Below are positions 27,101-35,048 of a stretch of 43,610 nt of DNA, in pieces. Every line of letters begins with the position of its first letter. Positions within the stretch are counted from its first letter, which is position 1. The notes beneath the pieces were generated by a model. It did not search any database and was not told where the DNA came from. It worked only from the letters and a program-made list of their open reading frames with translations. The DNA is from Cyanophyceae cyanobacterium (GTDB lineage Bacteria; Cyanobacteriota; Cyanobacteriia; Cyanobacteriales; Laspinemataceae). Location of the stretch: positions 1 to 43,610 of the forward strand of contig JBBQFN010000040.1 in the NCBI GenBank assembly GCA_038321985.1. Reading direction: 5' to 3'. A program made the position numbers and the translations under genes.

Positions 27101-27668
27101 ATTGTTCGGGTTTATGTTTTCGGGGACAAACCGTGAGAACGAGTTGGTATCCGGCAATGGCAATTTCCAGACAATCTGCCCGACTCCCCAGGGGCAATTG
27201 CTGAATATGGATACAGGTATTTCCAATCACTTTCACCATATCATCTACGCTTTCTGGGTACGAAAGTAACTGACGACTTACCTCTAGGAATGCTTGCTGA
27301 AAGGAGGGGTTAAGTTTATCCTGATGTTGAGCTAAAAAGGGATAAACCACTGAGCTATCGCTCTTACTGTCGATTTGCAGTAGTAGCAACTTGCGGACTA
27401 GCTGGTGATACGCTCCTAGGTTCGGGGAGGATTTCTTCCCCCGGGTGGCGATAAACTGTTCTACCAATGCGCCTAATTCTTGCAATTTAGCGGCGAGTTT
27501 TGCACTGCCTGCAGCGGTAGCATTTTCTGCCACTTGCACCATAATCTGTAACAACTTCTTATCTACCCAGTCGCGCTCTTGTTCCAGTAGGGTTGCTTCT
27601 TCTCCCGCAGGGCAGGAGATTAACTCTTGGATTAATTGGAGATACCGTTGCAGACGCTCTTGGTTCAT
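24150..27668 (-). CDS. TPR-repeat CHAT-domain (caspase-like, clan CD) protease
   Basis: Eight 46-aa TPR-like repeats; ERSKSRTL motif; CHAT motifs LILVPHRFLHLFPLHAL, HFACHG (catalytic His), VVLSACETG (catalytic Cys), SSLWSVDD, WGAF. Confidence 0.93.
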   Translation of the reverse strand: MNQERLQRYLQLIQELISCPAGEEATLLEQERDWVDKKLLQIMVQVAENATAAGSAKLAAKLQELGALVEQFIATRGKKSSPNLGAYHQLVRKLLLLQIDSKSDSSVVYPFLAQHQDKLNPSFQQAFLEVSRQLLSYPESVDDMVKVIGNTCIHIQQLPLGSRADCLEIAIAGYQLVLTVCPRKHKPEQWAITQNNLAKAYCVRIRGEKTQNLERAISASKAALEVYTRTAYPEQWAITQHNLATGYQTRIRGQKAENLEKAISAYEAALKVYTRTAYPEDWAGTQHNLANAYRDRIRGERGQNLEQAISAYKAVLEVYTPTAYPAKWAMTQNNLGNAYCHCIRGERVQNLEQAISAYKAALGVYTRTAYPEDWAMTQNNLGTAYLYRIRGERAENLEQAISAYKAVLEVYTRTAYPEDWAGTQNDLAIAYGNRIRGERAENLEQAISALEAALEVRTRNAYPEDWAMTQHNLANAYFYRIRGDRAQNLEQAISGYKAALEVSTRTAYPEDWAGTQNNLATAYSKRIRGDRAQNLEQAMICYRNALQIRTPEAFPIDCLQTGRNLGHLGYQQRWWEIAIEGYTLAIEAVEQSCEWVELPQRRQELMVDALDVYEKMVQACLNAQRLDLALTTGERSKSRTLVQMMTDASLEPKTATEAQRQQLRSLRRQLAALTVLLGQESPEQSYSATPPLETSRGGNLLSDTGDFRSSVAQERQQLIQQLNHLLEEINEPDFTLTQRVTPIALPEIQSLLDDNTTILEWYINTKSDSEFHTFILTSGNIQVASFTPEERDTLNQWSNEYLQDYNQIRTASTPEERNQRQQAWQTHLTPRLQRLAEILRLPDILAKLPRSCQKLILVPHRFLHLFPLHALPVWIQPDTEPQYLQDVFPKGVSYVPSCQLLQRLHQRQGNSLGETLPFFAVQNPTQNLPYADIEVEQIERPFHPNTYILRNRAATKRAFSQPETVAKLRQSESLHFACHGTFNAANPLDSALILAPEESATEPEASPPKLPLTLRDGRRADITTQGLTFREIVSQLELFNCRRVVLSACETGLIDSSQLVEDYIGLPSAFLYAGTVTVISSLWSVDDLATALLMMRFYWTIDRETLSMVEALQSAQTGLRTVSRQDLIRWLREDLKAPKEVWQNCDTRLHRFYPDLPFSGLHSWGAFCHIGL
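26004..27107 (-). repeat. Coding tandem array, 8 x 138 bp (46-aa TPR-like units)
   Basis: Units of the form E(D/Q)WAxTQxNLxxAYxxRIRGxxxxNLExAISxxxAxLxVxTxxAYP, near-identical at DNA level. Confidence 0.92.
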
Positions 27669-27716
27669 TGCCCATTGCCCACGCTACTGGGTTGGATTAT
27701 AGCGTGGTTGGGGGTT

Positions 27717-27749
27717 TGTCATTTGTCATTGGTCATTGGTCGTTTGTCC
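27717..27749. repeat. STRR-type heptamer tandem repeat ((T/G)GTCATT)n
   Basis: TGTCATT TGTCATT GGTCATT GGTCGTT TGTCC upstream of the CHAT gene. Confidence 0.8.
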
Positions 27750-27785
27750 AAGCAACAACCGAGGGAACCCCGATGGTTGAGCGGT

Positions 27786-27960
27786 TTAATAGCTAATTCC
27801 CAGAGTCACTGAGGCGGAAATATCCCGATCGCCTCCAATGACAGGGGTGGAAAAATCCGCTTGTGAGATGGAGGGCGGATAAGACGGTATTCGCTTGGGT
27901 GAGGGCATCTTGAGTGGCGGCGCGAATCGCTTGCTGACGGGCGGTTTCCATTGCTTCATC
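27786..27960 (-). pseudogene. Degenerate 3' remnant of a SIMPL (DUF541) gene
   Basis: DNA similar to 28455-28706 (e.g. GCTTGCTGACGGGCGGTTTCCATTGCTTCATC is identical); ends ADFSTPVIGGDRDISASVTLGISY versus ADFSTPVIGGEQEISASVTLDISY; internal deletion shifts the frame; no 5' part. Confidence 0.85.
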
Positions 27961-28046
27961 ATATTTAGGGCGGGTTGCAACAGCTAAACCAATCTAGTGA
28001 GAGCGATCGCAGATATAATACGAAGAACCCATCTGACCCTCAAGCC

Positions 28047-28430
28047 ATGCAGTCGTTAAAACAGTTCGCCCATAAATTCAAAACCGAAACCTACGCCCTT
28101 TATTTAGCCAGTCAAGACCCCCGAGTTCCCTGGTATGCTAGAGTCCTGGCTGGGGGGGTCGTCGCCTATCTTTTTAGTCCCATTGATTTGATTCCCGATG
28201 CCATTCCAATATTAGGTTATTTAGACGACCTAATTTTAGTCCCACTGGGAATTTGGATTGTGCTAAAAATGATCCCCCCTCAGGTGATGGCTGAATGTCG
28301 AGAACAGGCAGAAGCAGCTAACCAGCAGGGAACTCCTACAAATTGGATAGCTGCTGCAATTATTGTTCTCCTTTGGATATTTTTGGGGGTGTTAACCTTC
28401 CACTGGATTGGTAGCCTTTTGAACTCGTAA
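28047..28430 (+). CDS. YkvA / DUF1232 family membrane protein
   Basis: DPRVPWYAR...YLFSPIDLIPDAIPILGYLDDL; ATG at 28047 preferred. Confidence 0.9.
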   Translation: MQSLKQFAHKFKTETYALYLASQDPRVPWYARVLAGGVVAYLFSPIDLIPDAIPILGYLDDLILVPLGIWIVLKMIPPQVMAECREQAEAANQQGTPTNWIAAAIIVLLWIFLGVLTFHWIGSLLNS

Positions 28431-28454
28431 ATGGGGTAGTTGTGCTATCTTAGT

Positions 28455-29186
28455 TTAATAGCTAATGTCTAAGGTGACAGAAGCAGAAATTTCCTGTTCA
28501 CCTCCGATTACTGGGGTTGAAAAATCAGCAGCAGACTCCCTCATCGAATACATGGGTTGTGGATAAGGAGTGGCAGAATTGACCTGAATTTTCACAATTT
28601 CTCGGCGAGTGAAATTGAGGGCAGATAAGACAGTATCCGCTTGGGTAATGGCATCTTGAGTTGCTGCTCGAATTGCTTGCTGACGGGCGGTTTCCATTGC
28701 TTCATCGGCGGCAATAAAATTAACCCCATCAATGCGAGTTGCACCGGCATTAACAGCCTCATCCAACAAAGTTCCGGCGCGATCGGTTGCGAGACGAAAG
28801 CTAACAATATTAGAGGCAGAATAGCCGGTAATTGTGGGCGCTTCGTTGTCATTGCTGCGATAAACAGGGTTGAGTTGAATGCCGGTAGTTTGTAGTTTCT
28901 GGACATTGCGCGATCGCAACAATTCCACCAATGCTTGCGATCGCCTTGCTACCTCTTGTTGCACCTCTTGGGCGGTTTTTCCCTGCACTTCCACCCCTAA
29001 TCTCACCTCGGTTAAAGTGGTAGGAATACTGATGATTCCTTGTCCAGTTACGGTTAAGTTACGAGAGGGTTGTTCTTGAGCAGAAGCTGCTTCCATATTG
29101 GGGGTAATCCCAAACATCCCTAAAGCTAGAGCAACAGCGGCGATCGGACTCCAAACATTCAGAGTTGTAGGCATTAATCGGTTCAT
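28455..29186 (-). CDS. SIMPL (DUF541) domain periplasmic protein
   Basis: Signal peptide, LTVTGQG, QTTGIQLNPVY, LLDEAVNAGATRIDGVNF, TPVIGGEQEISASVTL; start uncertain. Confidence 0.9.
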   Translation of the reverse strand: MNRLMPTTLNVWSPIAAVALALGMFGITPNMEAASAQEQPSRNLTVTGQGIISIPTTLTEVRLGVEVQGKTAQEVQQEVARRSQALVELLRSRNVQKLQTTGIQLNPVYRSNDNEAPTITGYSASNIVSFRLATDRAGTLLDEAVNAGATRIDGVNFIAADEAMETARQQAIRAATQDAITQADTVLSALNFTRREIVKIQVNSATPYPQPMYSMRESAADFSTPVIGGEQEISASVTLDISY

Positions 29187-29330
29187 AGGGGTATTGTTTC
29201 CACTTAGACTTATCTGTTCATAGTCTGACACCTTGAGGAGGTTGTTGTGGGATCGGTTACCGTTTTGGAAACTAATTTTTTTTAAAATACTCCCTCCGGG
29301 GATTAAATTGAATATAGCCTTTAATTGCCC

Positions 29331-30503
29331 TTAAATCAATCCCGCATTTTTCTGAGCATACTTCAAGTTATTCTGATACTCTATAAGTTTGACTTGAGCC
29401 ATGTCATAATTAGGGTTATTTTGGGGGACTGCCTTCAGGAAGGCGATCGCCTCTTGCCATTCATTTGCCACTTGTAACCACTGTTCGGGAGTTTTAGCAG
29501 TTTGGGTGAGGGTTGCTGCACTCGTTGCCTTCTTAACGGCTTCCCCAAACGGGTTAGAATTGGGCGCAATTTCGACTGTCCGAGTTTCGGTTTGAATGGT
29601 AAATTCAACCCGCCGATTTTTTTCTCGTCCCTGGGGATTATCAGAACCATCGGAATTGGTATTCGAGGCGATCGGTTGACTTTTTCCTATCCCTTGGGTT
29701 TGAATGCGAGTCGGTTCCGCTTGAAAGTTATTGACAAAATAATATTTCACTGCCGCTGCTCGTTTTTGCGACAATTCTATATTATACACATCGGTTCCTT
29801 TGCTGTCTGTATGTCCGTTAATCAAGATTCGAGCATCCTTAAAATGGGTCAAGACTTGATTAACTTTTTCCAAGGTGGGTTTAGCTGCTGCCCGGACGTG
29901 ATATTTATCAAATTCAAATAAAATATTGTCTGAAAGATTAAATTTAATCCCTTCAATGGTGGTTTCTGCATTTAATTCGGTGAGGGTTTGTTTCACCTCG
30001 ATTGGCGTCGGTTCCACTGTTTCTACCAGAATTCGAGTTGAATCCGTCGGGTCTTCATCTGGAGTAACTTGAGCCGGTTCCGGTGGCGGTTCTACTTGGA
30101 CTGAAGTCGCAGGGGGGAGGGTTTCTGTTGTTGTTGAAGTCGGTTGTGGGGCTGTTTCTACAGAAGTAGAAATCGGAGGGGTTGCTGTTTCTACGGAGGT
30201 AGAACTCGAAAGCGTTGTCGTTTCTACGGAAGTAGAACTCGAAGGCGTTGCCGATTCTACGGTTTGAGTTTCACTGCCAAGGGGTGGATCAACGGTGGTG
30301 GTTGTGGTGTTAGGTGATTCAACGTCAAATGTGCTGGGAGGAACCTGTTCAATGGGTTCTATTTCTAATTGGGTGACGGGAACGGGGACAATTTCAAATG
30401 TGGTAACTTTCGGTAAGTTTTGAAAGCGATTTTGGCAAGCGGTGCCAATCAACAGCAAGCTAGAGGCGATCGCAACTTGTAGTCGTTTAATTTCTAGGTG
30501 CAT
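29331..30503 (-). CDS. OmpA-family lipoprotein with Thr/Ser/Pro-rich linker and C-terminal helical domain
   Basis: Lipobox LIGTAC; OmpA-C motifs ILFEFDK, INGHTDSKG, NIELSQKRA, GREKNRRVEF; about three 33-bp repeats (xxxxSTSVET) in the linker. Confidence 0.88.
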   Translation of the reverse strand: MHLEIKRLQVAIASSLLLIGTACQNRFQNLPKVTTFEIVPVPVTQLEIEPIEQVPPSTFDVESPNTTTTTVDPPLGSETQTVESATPSSSTSVETTTLSSSTSVETATPPISTSVETAPQPTSTTTETLPPATSVQVEPPPEPAQVTPDEDPTDSTRILVETVEPTPIEVKQTLTELNAETTIEGIKFNLSDNILFEFDKYHVRAAAKPTLEKVNQVLTHFKDARILINGHTDSKGTDVYNIELSQKRAAAVKYYFVNNFQAEPTRIQTQGIGKSQPIASNTNSDGSDNPQGREKNRRVEFTIQTETRTVEIAPNSNPFGEAVKKATSAATLTQTAKTPEQWLQVANEWQEAIAFLKAVPQNNPNYDMAQVKLIEYQNNLKYAQKNAGLI

Positions 30504-31041
30504 TTTGCCCCTCCCGAGGGACTCTAACGTTTCTCATTTCTAATGGTATAGAACTCGCGTGTATCATTCTTTTGTCAGCAAATGGTCTGCTTTCGTAACC
30601 AGCTACTGTTCTAAGTCTGATATAAGCAGCTTGGGGGGATAATCGACCAATAAACACAAATTTGCCGTTAAGAGTTGTACCCGGTTGAATTTGAATGAGT
30701 GGATTATCTGGAGGGATGGCTAGACGATATGTATTCCTTTCGTCATCATAAAGAATGATATTCTCTTTTTTTGTATCAATATTGATAACTTCGCGGCGAC
30801 CATTGGTAATGGATACCGTCGCGATGGTACTATCTTCAGCCAGGGTAATTTCTGTCAAGCGCATCACCACTTCGCTTTGATTCACTTGTAAATCATAACT
30901 TTCGGTCAGGATGCGGGGACGGCGAGGGGATTGAGTGGTTGCAGGTGCGCCTCCGGGGAGTTTTTGTGCCAAAGGGTTAGAATCACACCCCACACAGACT
31001 AATGAGAGGAAGGCGATCGCGGCTAAAAGGCGAAGGTTCAT
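30487..31041 (-). CDS. Hypothetical lipoprotein (beta-rich), translationally coupled to the OmpA gene
   Basis: Lipobox LVCVGC; 17-bp overlap with the OmpA ORF. Confidence 0.75.
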   Translation of the reverse strand: MNLRLLAAIAFLSLVCVGCDSNPLAQKLPGGAPATTQSPRRPRILTESYDLQVNQSEVVMRLTEITLAEDSTIATVSITNGRREVINIDTKKENIILYDDERNTYRLAIPPDNPLIQIQPGTTLNGKFVFIGRLSPQAAYIRLRTVAGYESRPFADKRMIHASSIPLEMRNVRVPREGQNAPRN

Positions 31042-31406
31042 AGATGCGTGGTTTTTTAAATTAATTAATTATTGTACTTGATATGAGTGAATAGGTGTCT
31101 GGGTTAATCTTTAAGAATTATTAAGAAATGAGGTTTTATCCTTGGCCCTCAGTAGTAATGCGTAAGCTGTCAGAATTATGGCAGTTATATATCAATAAAT
31201 TTATTTTTTAATTGGGAAGAAACTGCCCAGCGTCATAGTCTGGGGAAAAAGAGTTTTACAATTAAACCCAAACTAAAGGATTTTATATTATAAGAGAAAC
31301 TTTAGGTTTTTAATATTCATTAAACTGCCCTTTAAAGGTTTGCTAAGGAGCCCTTAAGCTAAACTGTGCTAAAATAACATAATCCCTCTACTCAGTTGGA
31401 AAAATT

Positions 31407-31973
31407 ATGTCCAATGTAACCATCAAAGACCTAGAACTACTTCAAGGGGTTATCAGTCAAGCTGGGTTAGACTATCAATTAGAATTAGAAAATGGCCACA
31501 TATCAATCATCGGACCTTCAGATATTGTATCCAGTGAGGTGGGAGTTCGTTTAATTGCGGCGCTTTATGCTTGGATTAATCCGCGTCGGTTGGGTCGAGT
31601 TTTTGACTCTGCTGGTGGGTTTATTTTACCAAATAGTAATCTAAAAGCACCAGATGTTTCTTTTGTAAAAGCAGCACGGTTGCGGCGCAGTATTCGGTAT
31701 TTTGCTGAACTGGTTCCAGATTTAGTCGTAGAAATTAAATCCCAAAGCGATCGCATTTCTCCCATCCAACAGAAACTCCAGCAATACCTGGAACAAGGCG
31801 CACAAGTGGGGATTTTAATTGACCCTGACGAGGAAACAGTTACGGTTTATCGTCCCACGGGGGAACCGATGCAACTTCGAGGGGATGAAACCTTAACGAT
31901 TTCAGAACTGTTACCGGGTTGGGAACTGCTGGTTTCTGAACTTTGGCCGCCTATTTTTGAGGAAAATGAGTAA
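31407..31973 (+). CDS. Uma2 family (DUF820) endonuclease-fold protein
   Basis: GFILPNSNLKAPDVSFV...PDLVVEIKSQSD...GILIDP...LLPGWEL. Confidence 0.92.
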   Translation: MSNVTIKDLELLQGVISQAGLDYQLELENGHISIIGPSDIVSSEVGVRLIAALYAWINPRRLGRVFDSAGGFILPNSNLKAPDVSFVKAARLRRSIRYFAELVPDLVVEIKSQSDRISPIQQKLQQYLEQGAQVGILIDPDEETVTVYRPTGEPMQLRGDETLTISELLPGWELLVSELWPPIFEENE

Positions 31974-32078
31974 ATGCCGTGGCGGAATGAGTCAGATTCT
32001 AAAGTTCCCCAAATTTGGTAAAATTAAAGAGCCGATCTAACCTAGACTCAGCCGTTACTGCTTTTGCTTCGTTCAACC

Positions 32079-34412
32079 ATGACCTCAACCCTTGACTTTC
32101 TGGCCCATCTGAACCCAAACCAACGTCGTGCTGCGGAACATTTCTATGGCCCCTTGTTAGTCGTTGCGGGGGCGGGTTCGGGCAAAACTCGGGCGCTTAC
32201 TTATCGAATTGCTAATTTAATTCGCAGTAATCAAGTTCATCCTGACGATATCCTGGCGGTGACTTTTACAAATAAGGCGGCGCGGGAAATGAAGGAACGG
32301 ATTGAGAAGATTTTTGGCGATGCTTTGGCAGAACAAAAGTATGATAAACCGTTTTCCGCGCTAGAACCAGCGGAACAAACTCAGGTGCGATCGCAGGTGT
32401 GGAGAAATACCATTAAGCCCCTCTGGATTGGCACGTTCCATTCTCTCTGCGCCCGGATTTTGCGTTACGATATTGATAAATTTAAAGATGAAAATGGTCG
32501 TCAATGGACCCGGAAGTTTTCTATCCTAGATGAGTCTGATGCTCAAACAGCTATCAAGGATATTGTGATCAAGCAGATGAATTTAGATAGCAAAAAATTT
32601 GAGCCTCGCAAGATCCGGTATGAAATTAGTGGGGCGAAAAATAAAGGGTGGTCTCCTCGGGATTTAGAGGCGAATGACCCGACTAATTATCGAAATCGCA
32701 AGGTAGCAGAGGTCTATAGTCGCTATCAAGATACTTTGGCGGCTAATAATGTTCTGGATTTTGATGATTTGATTCGTGTTCCGGTAGAACTGTTCCGTCA
32801 GGATGCTCAAGTTTTAGATTATTGGCATCGGAAATTTCATCATATTTTAGTGGATGAATATCAAGATACTAACCGCACTCAATATGATTTAATTCGGATG
32901 TTGGTGACGAATGGGGAAGCGGCCAAGTCCTTTAAGAAATGGGAAAAGCGCTCGGTTTTTGTGGTGGGGGATGTAGACCAATCGATTTATTCATTTCGGA
33001 TGGCCGATTATACTATTTTGTTGGAGTTTCAGCAAGATTTTGGGGATAGTTTGGCGGATGAAGAAACCCGAACGTTAGTGAAGTTGGAAGAAAACTATCG
33101 ATCGCGGGAAAATATTCTGGAAGTTGCTAATAAACTGATTGAGAATAATACCGAACGCATTGATAAGGTACTGCGTCCGACTCGGGGGGAAGGGGAACCG
33201 ATTTTGTGCTATCGCACCGAAAATGATTTAGATGAAGCACAATATGTGGTAAATCAGATTCGGATGTTGCAGAACCAGCATCCGGAGTTGGATTGGGGTG
33301 CTTTTGCGATTTTGTATCGCACCAATGCCCAATCGCGATCATTTGAGGATGTGTTAGTGAAAATGAATGTCCCCTATCGGGTGGTGGGGGGTTTGAAGTT
33401 TTATGATCGCAAAGAAATTAAGGATGCGGTTGCTTACTTAAGGGCAGTCGCCAACCCATCGGATTCGATTAGTTTGCGCCGGATTATTAATACGCCCAAA
33501 CGCAGTATCGGTAAAACGACGTTAGAACGCCTAGACGAAGCTGCAACGCAGTTAAATGTACCCCTGTGGGAAATTCTCAGCGATGACACGTCGGTGAAAA
33601 CCCTAGCAGGGCGATCGGTAAAACAAGTGCTAGAATTCTCTCATCTCATGTCGCGATGGCAGGCGCAGGTCGAAAATGTACCAGCGATTGAAATTCTCAA
33701 AGGCATGATGGAAGAATCCGGTTATATTGAATCCTTGAAACTGGAAGGCAGCGATGAAGCAGAAAACCGGATTGCCAACATTGAACAGTTGTATAATGCT
33801 ACCATCCAGTTTGCAGAAGAAAACGAAGACAACTCTTTAACCGGATTTCTCTCTAGTGCTTCCCTGGCTTCGGAGTTAGATAATTTAGAAGAAGGGGAAC
33901 AGGCGGTATCTTTATTAACCATCCATTCTGCCAAAGGGTTAGAGTTTCCCGTGGTATTTTTGGTGGGAATGGAAGAGGGATTATTTCCCAATTTCCGCAG
34001 TATTAATGACCCGCGCAGCTTAGAAGAAGAACGAAGACTCTGTTATGTAGGGATTACTCGCGCCCAAGAACGACTCTTTTTAACTCATGCTTTAGAACGG
34101 CGCTTGTGGGGTTCTTACGAACGTGCTCAACCCTCCCGATTTTTAGCCGAATTACCTCGGGATTTATTGCAAGGAAATTCAGTACCTAAAGAACGAACTC
34201 GCCGCAGTTCCGGGGCTGCCAAAACACCAAAAGGTGCGGCGGGAATGGAAAATTGGCGCGTAGGGGATATGGTGGTTCATGATACCTTTGGTCCTGGGGA
34301 AGTTTCTCACGTTTTCGGGTCAGCGACTAAGATTTCTTTGGCGATTAAATTTGCCCGAGGGGGTCAAAAAATTGTGGATCCGCAGACTGCCCCCATGGAA
34401 AAATTAGATTAA
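32079..34412 (+). CDS. pcrA: ATP-dependent DNA helicase PcrA/UvrD
   Basis: AGAGSGKT, TFTNKAA, VDEYQDTN, LEENYRS, TIHSAKGLEF and EERRLCYVGITRA motifs. Confidence 0.96.
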   Translation: MTSTLDFLAHLNPNQRRAAEHFYGPLLVVAGAGSGKTRALTYRIANLIRSNQVHPDDILAVTFTNKAAREMKERIEKIFGDALAEQKYDKPFSALEPAEQTQVRSQVWRNTIKPLWIGTFHSLCARILRYDIDKFKDENGRQWTRKFSILDESDAQTAIKDIVIKQMNLDSKKFEPRKIRYEISGAKNKGWSPRDLEANDPTNYRNRKVAEVYSRYQDTLAANNVLDFDDLIRVPVELFRQDAQVLDYWHRKFHHILVDEYQDTNRTQYDLIRMLVTNGEAAKSFKKWEKRSVFVVGDVDQSIYSFRMADYTILLEFQQDFGDSLADEETRTLVKLEENYRSRENILEVANKLIENNTERIDKVLRPTRGEGEPILCYRTENDLDEAQYVVNQIRMLQNQHPELDWGAFAILYRTNAQSRSFEDVLVKMNVPYRVVGGLKFYDRKEIKDAVAYLRAVANPSDSISLRRIINTPKRSIGKTTLERLDEAATQLNVPLWEILSDDTSVKTLAGRSVKQVLEFSHLMSRWQAQVENVPAIEILKGMMEESGYIESLKLEGSDEAENRIANIEQLYNATIQFAEENEDNSLTGFLSSASLASELDNLEEGEQAVSLLTIHSAKGLEFPVVFLVGMEEGLFPNFRSINDPRSLEEERRLCYVGITRAQERLFLTHALERRLWGSYERAQPSRFLAELPRDLLQGNSVPKERTRRSSGAAKTPKGAAGMENWRVGDMVVHDTFGPGEVSHVFGSATKISLAIKFARGGQKIVDPQTAPMEKLD

Positions 34413-34520
34413 TTCCGGGAACTAAAAGTCAGAAAAACCGTGTGAAAACCGCCTGGATTTTGAACCTGGGCAGCGTGACTCCAACTAAAGACAATTATCG
34501 CGATCGCAGAGATTAAACCG

Positions 34521-34961
34521 ATGGAAAGAGGACTGATGTGGTTACCCTTGCTGGCCCTATTTATAGGACTGGCTTGGGCGGGATGGAACGAATATCAAAA
34601 AGTGGAAGCCTATCGGATTTGGGCGCAGGGTTTTGATCGCACTAAGTATGATATTTATGCGGTACTGGGAGAGAAGGGCGAGTGCCTAACTTGGGGAAAA
34701 CCGACACGGAAAGGTCCTGTGAATCAACAAACCTTTTCCTTGAAAGAGGTGCAATCCCTGCAACTGCTGGTGAATAAACAACCTGTGGCAGTCGATTCTT
34801 TGCCGGAAAATCTCAAAGCCCAGACTATTGCCTTAGAATTTTTGTTTCCATCCCCGAAAAATTCAGTTCAGATTCCCTTTACCGAAGTAGCGATCGCCGT
34901 GGAATGGACAAAATATTTACAACGACAGTGGCAAAATTGGCAGGAGGGGACGGTGGATTAA
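34521..34961 (+). CDS. Conserved cyanobacterial membrane-anchored hypothetical protein
   Basis: MERGLMWLPLLALFIGLAWAGWNEYQKVEAYRIWA...KYDIYAVLG. Confidence 0.8.
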   Translation: MERGLMWLPLLALFIGLAWAGWNEYQKVEAYRIWAQGFDRTKYDIYAVLGEKGECLTWGKPTRKGPVNQQTFSLKEVQSLQLLVNKQPVAVDSLPENLKAQTIALEFLFPSPKNSVQIPFTEVAIAVEWTKYLQRQWQNWQEGTVD

Positions 34962-35048
34962 GTCAACCTCCCCCTAAAAAATCCGTGAATCTAAACTCTA
35001 AAATAGTGTTAGATCCTAGGTGAACACTCATTTCTCAATGAAGCCAAT

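Noticed and set aside
31407..34412. Uma2 nuclease plus UvrD helicase as a Gabija-like nuclease-helicase defence pair
   Set aside because: The helicase looks like the housekeeping full-length PcrA with its C-terminal domain, and Uma2 genes are highly multicopy in cyanobacteria, so adjacency is probably incidental.
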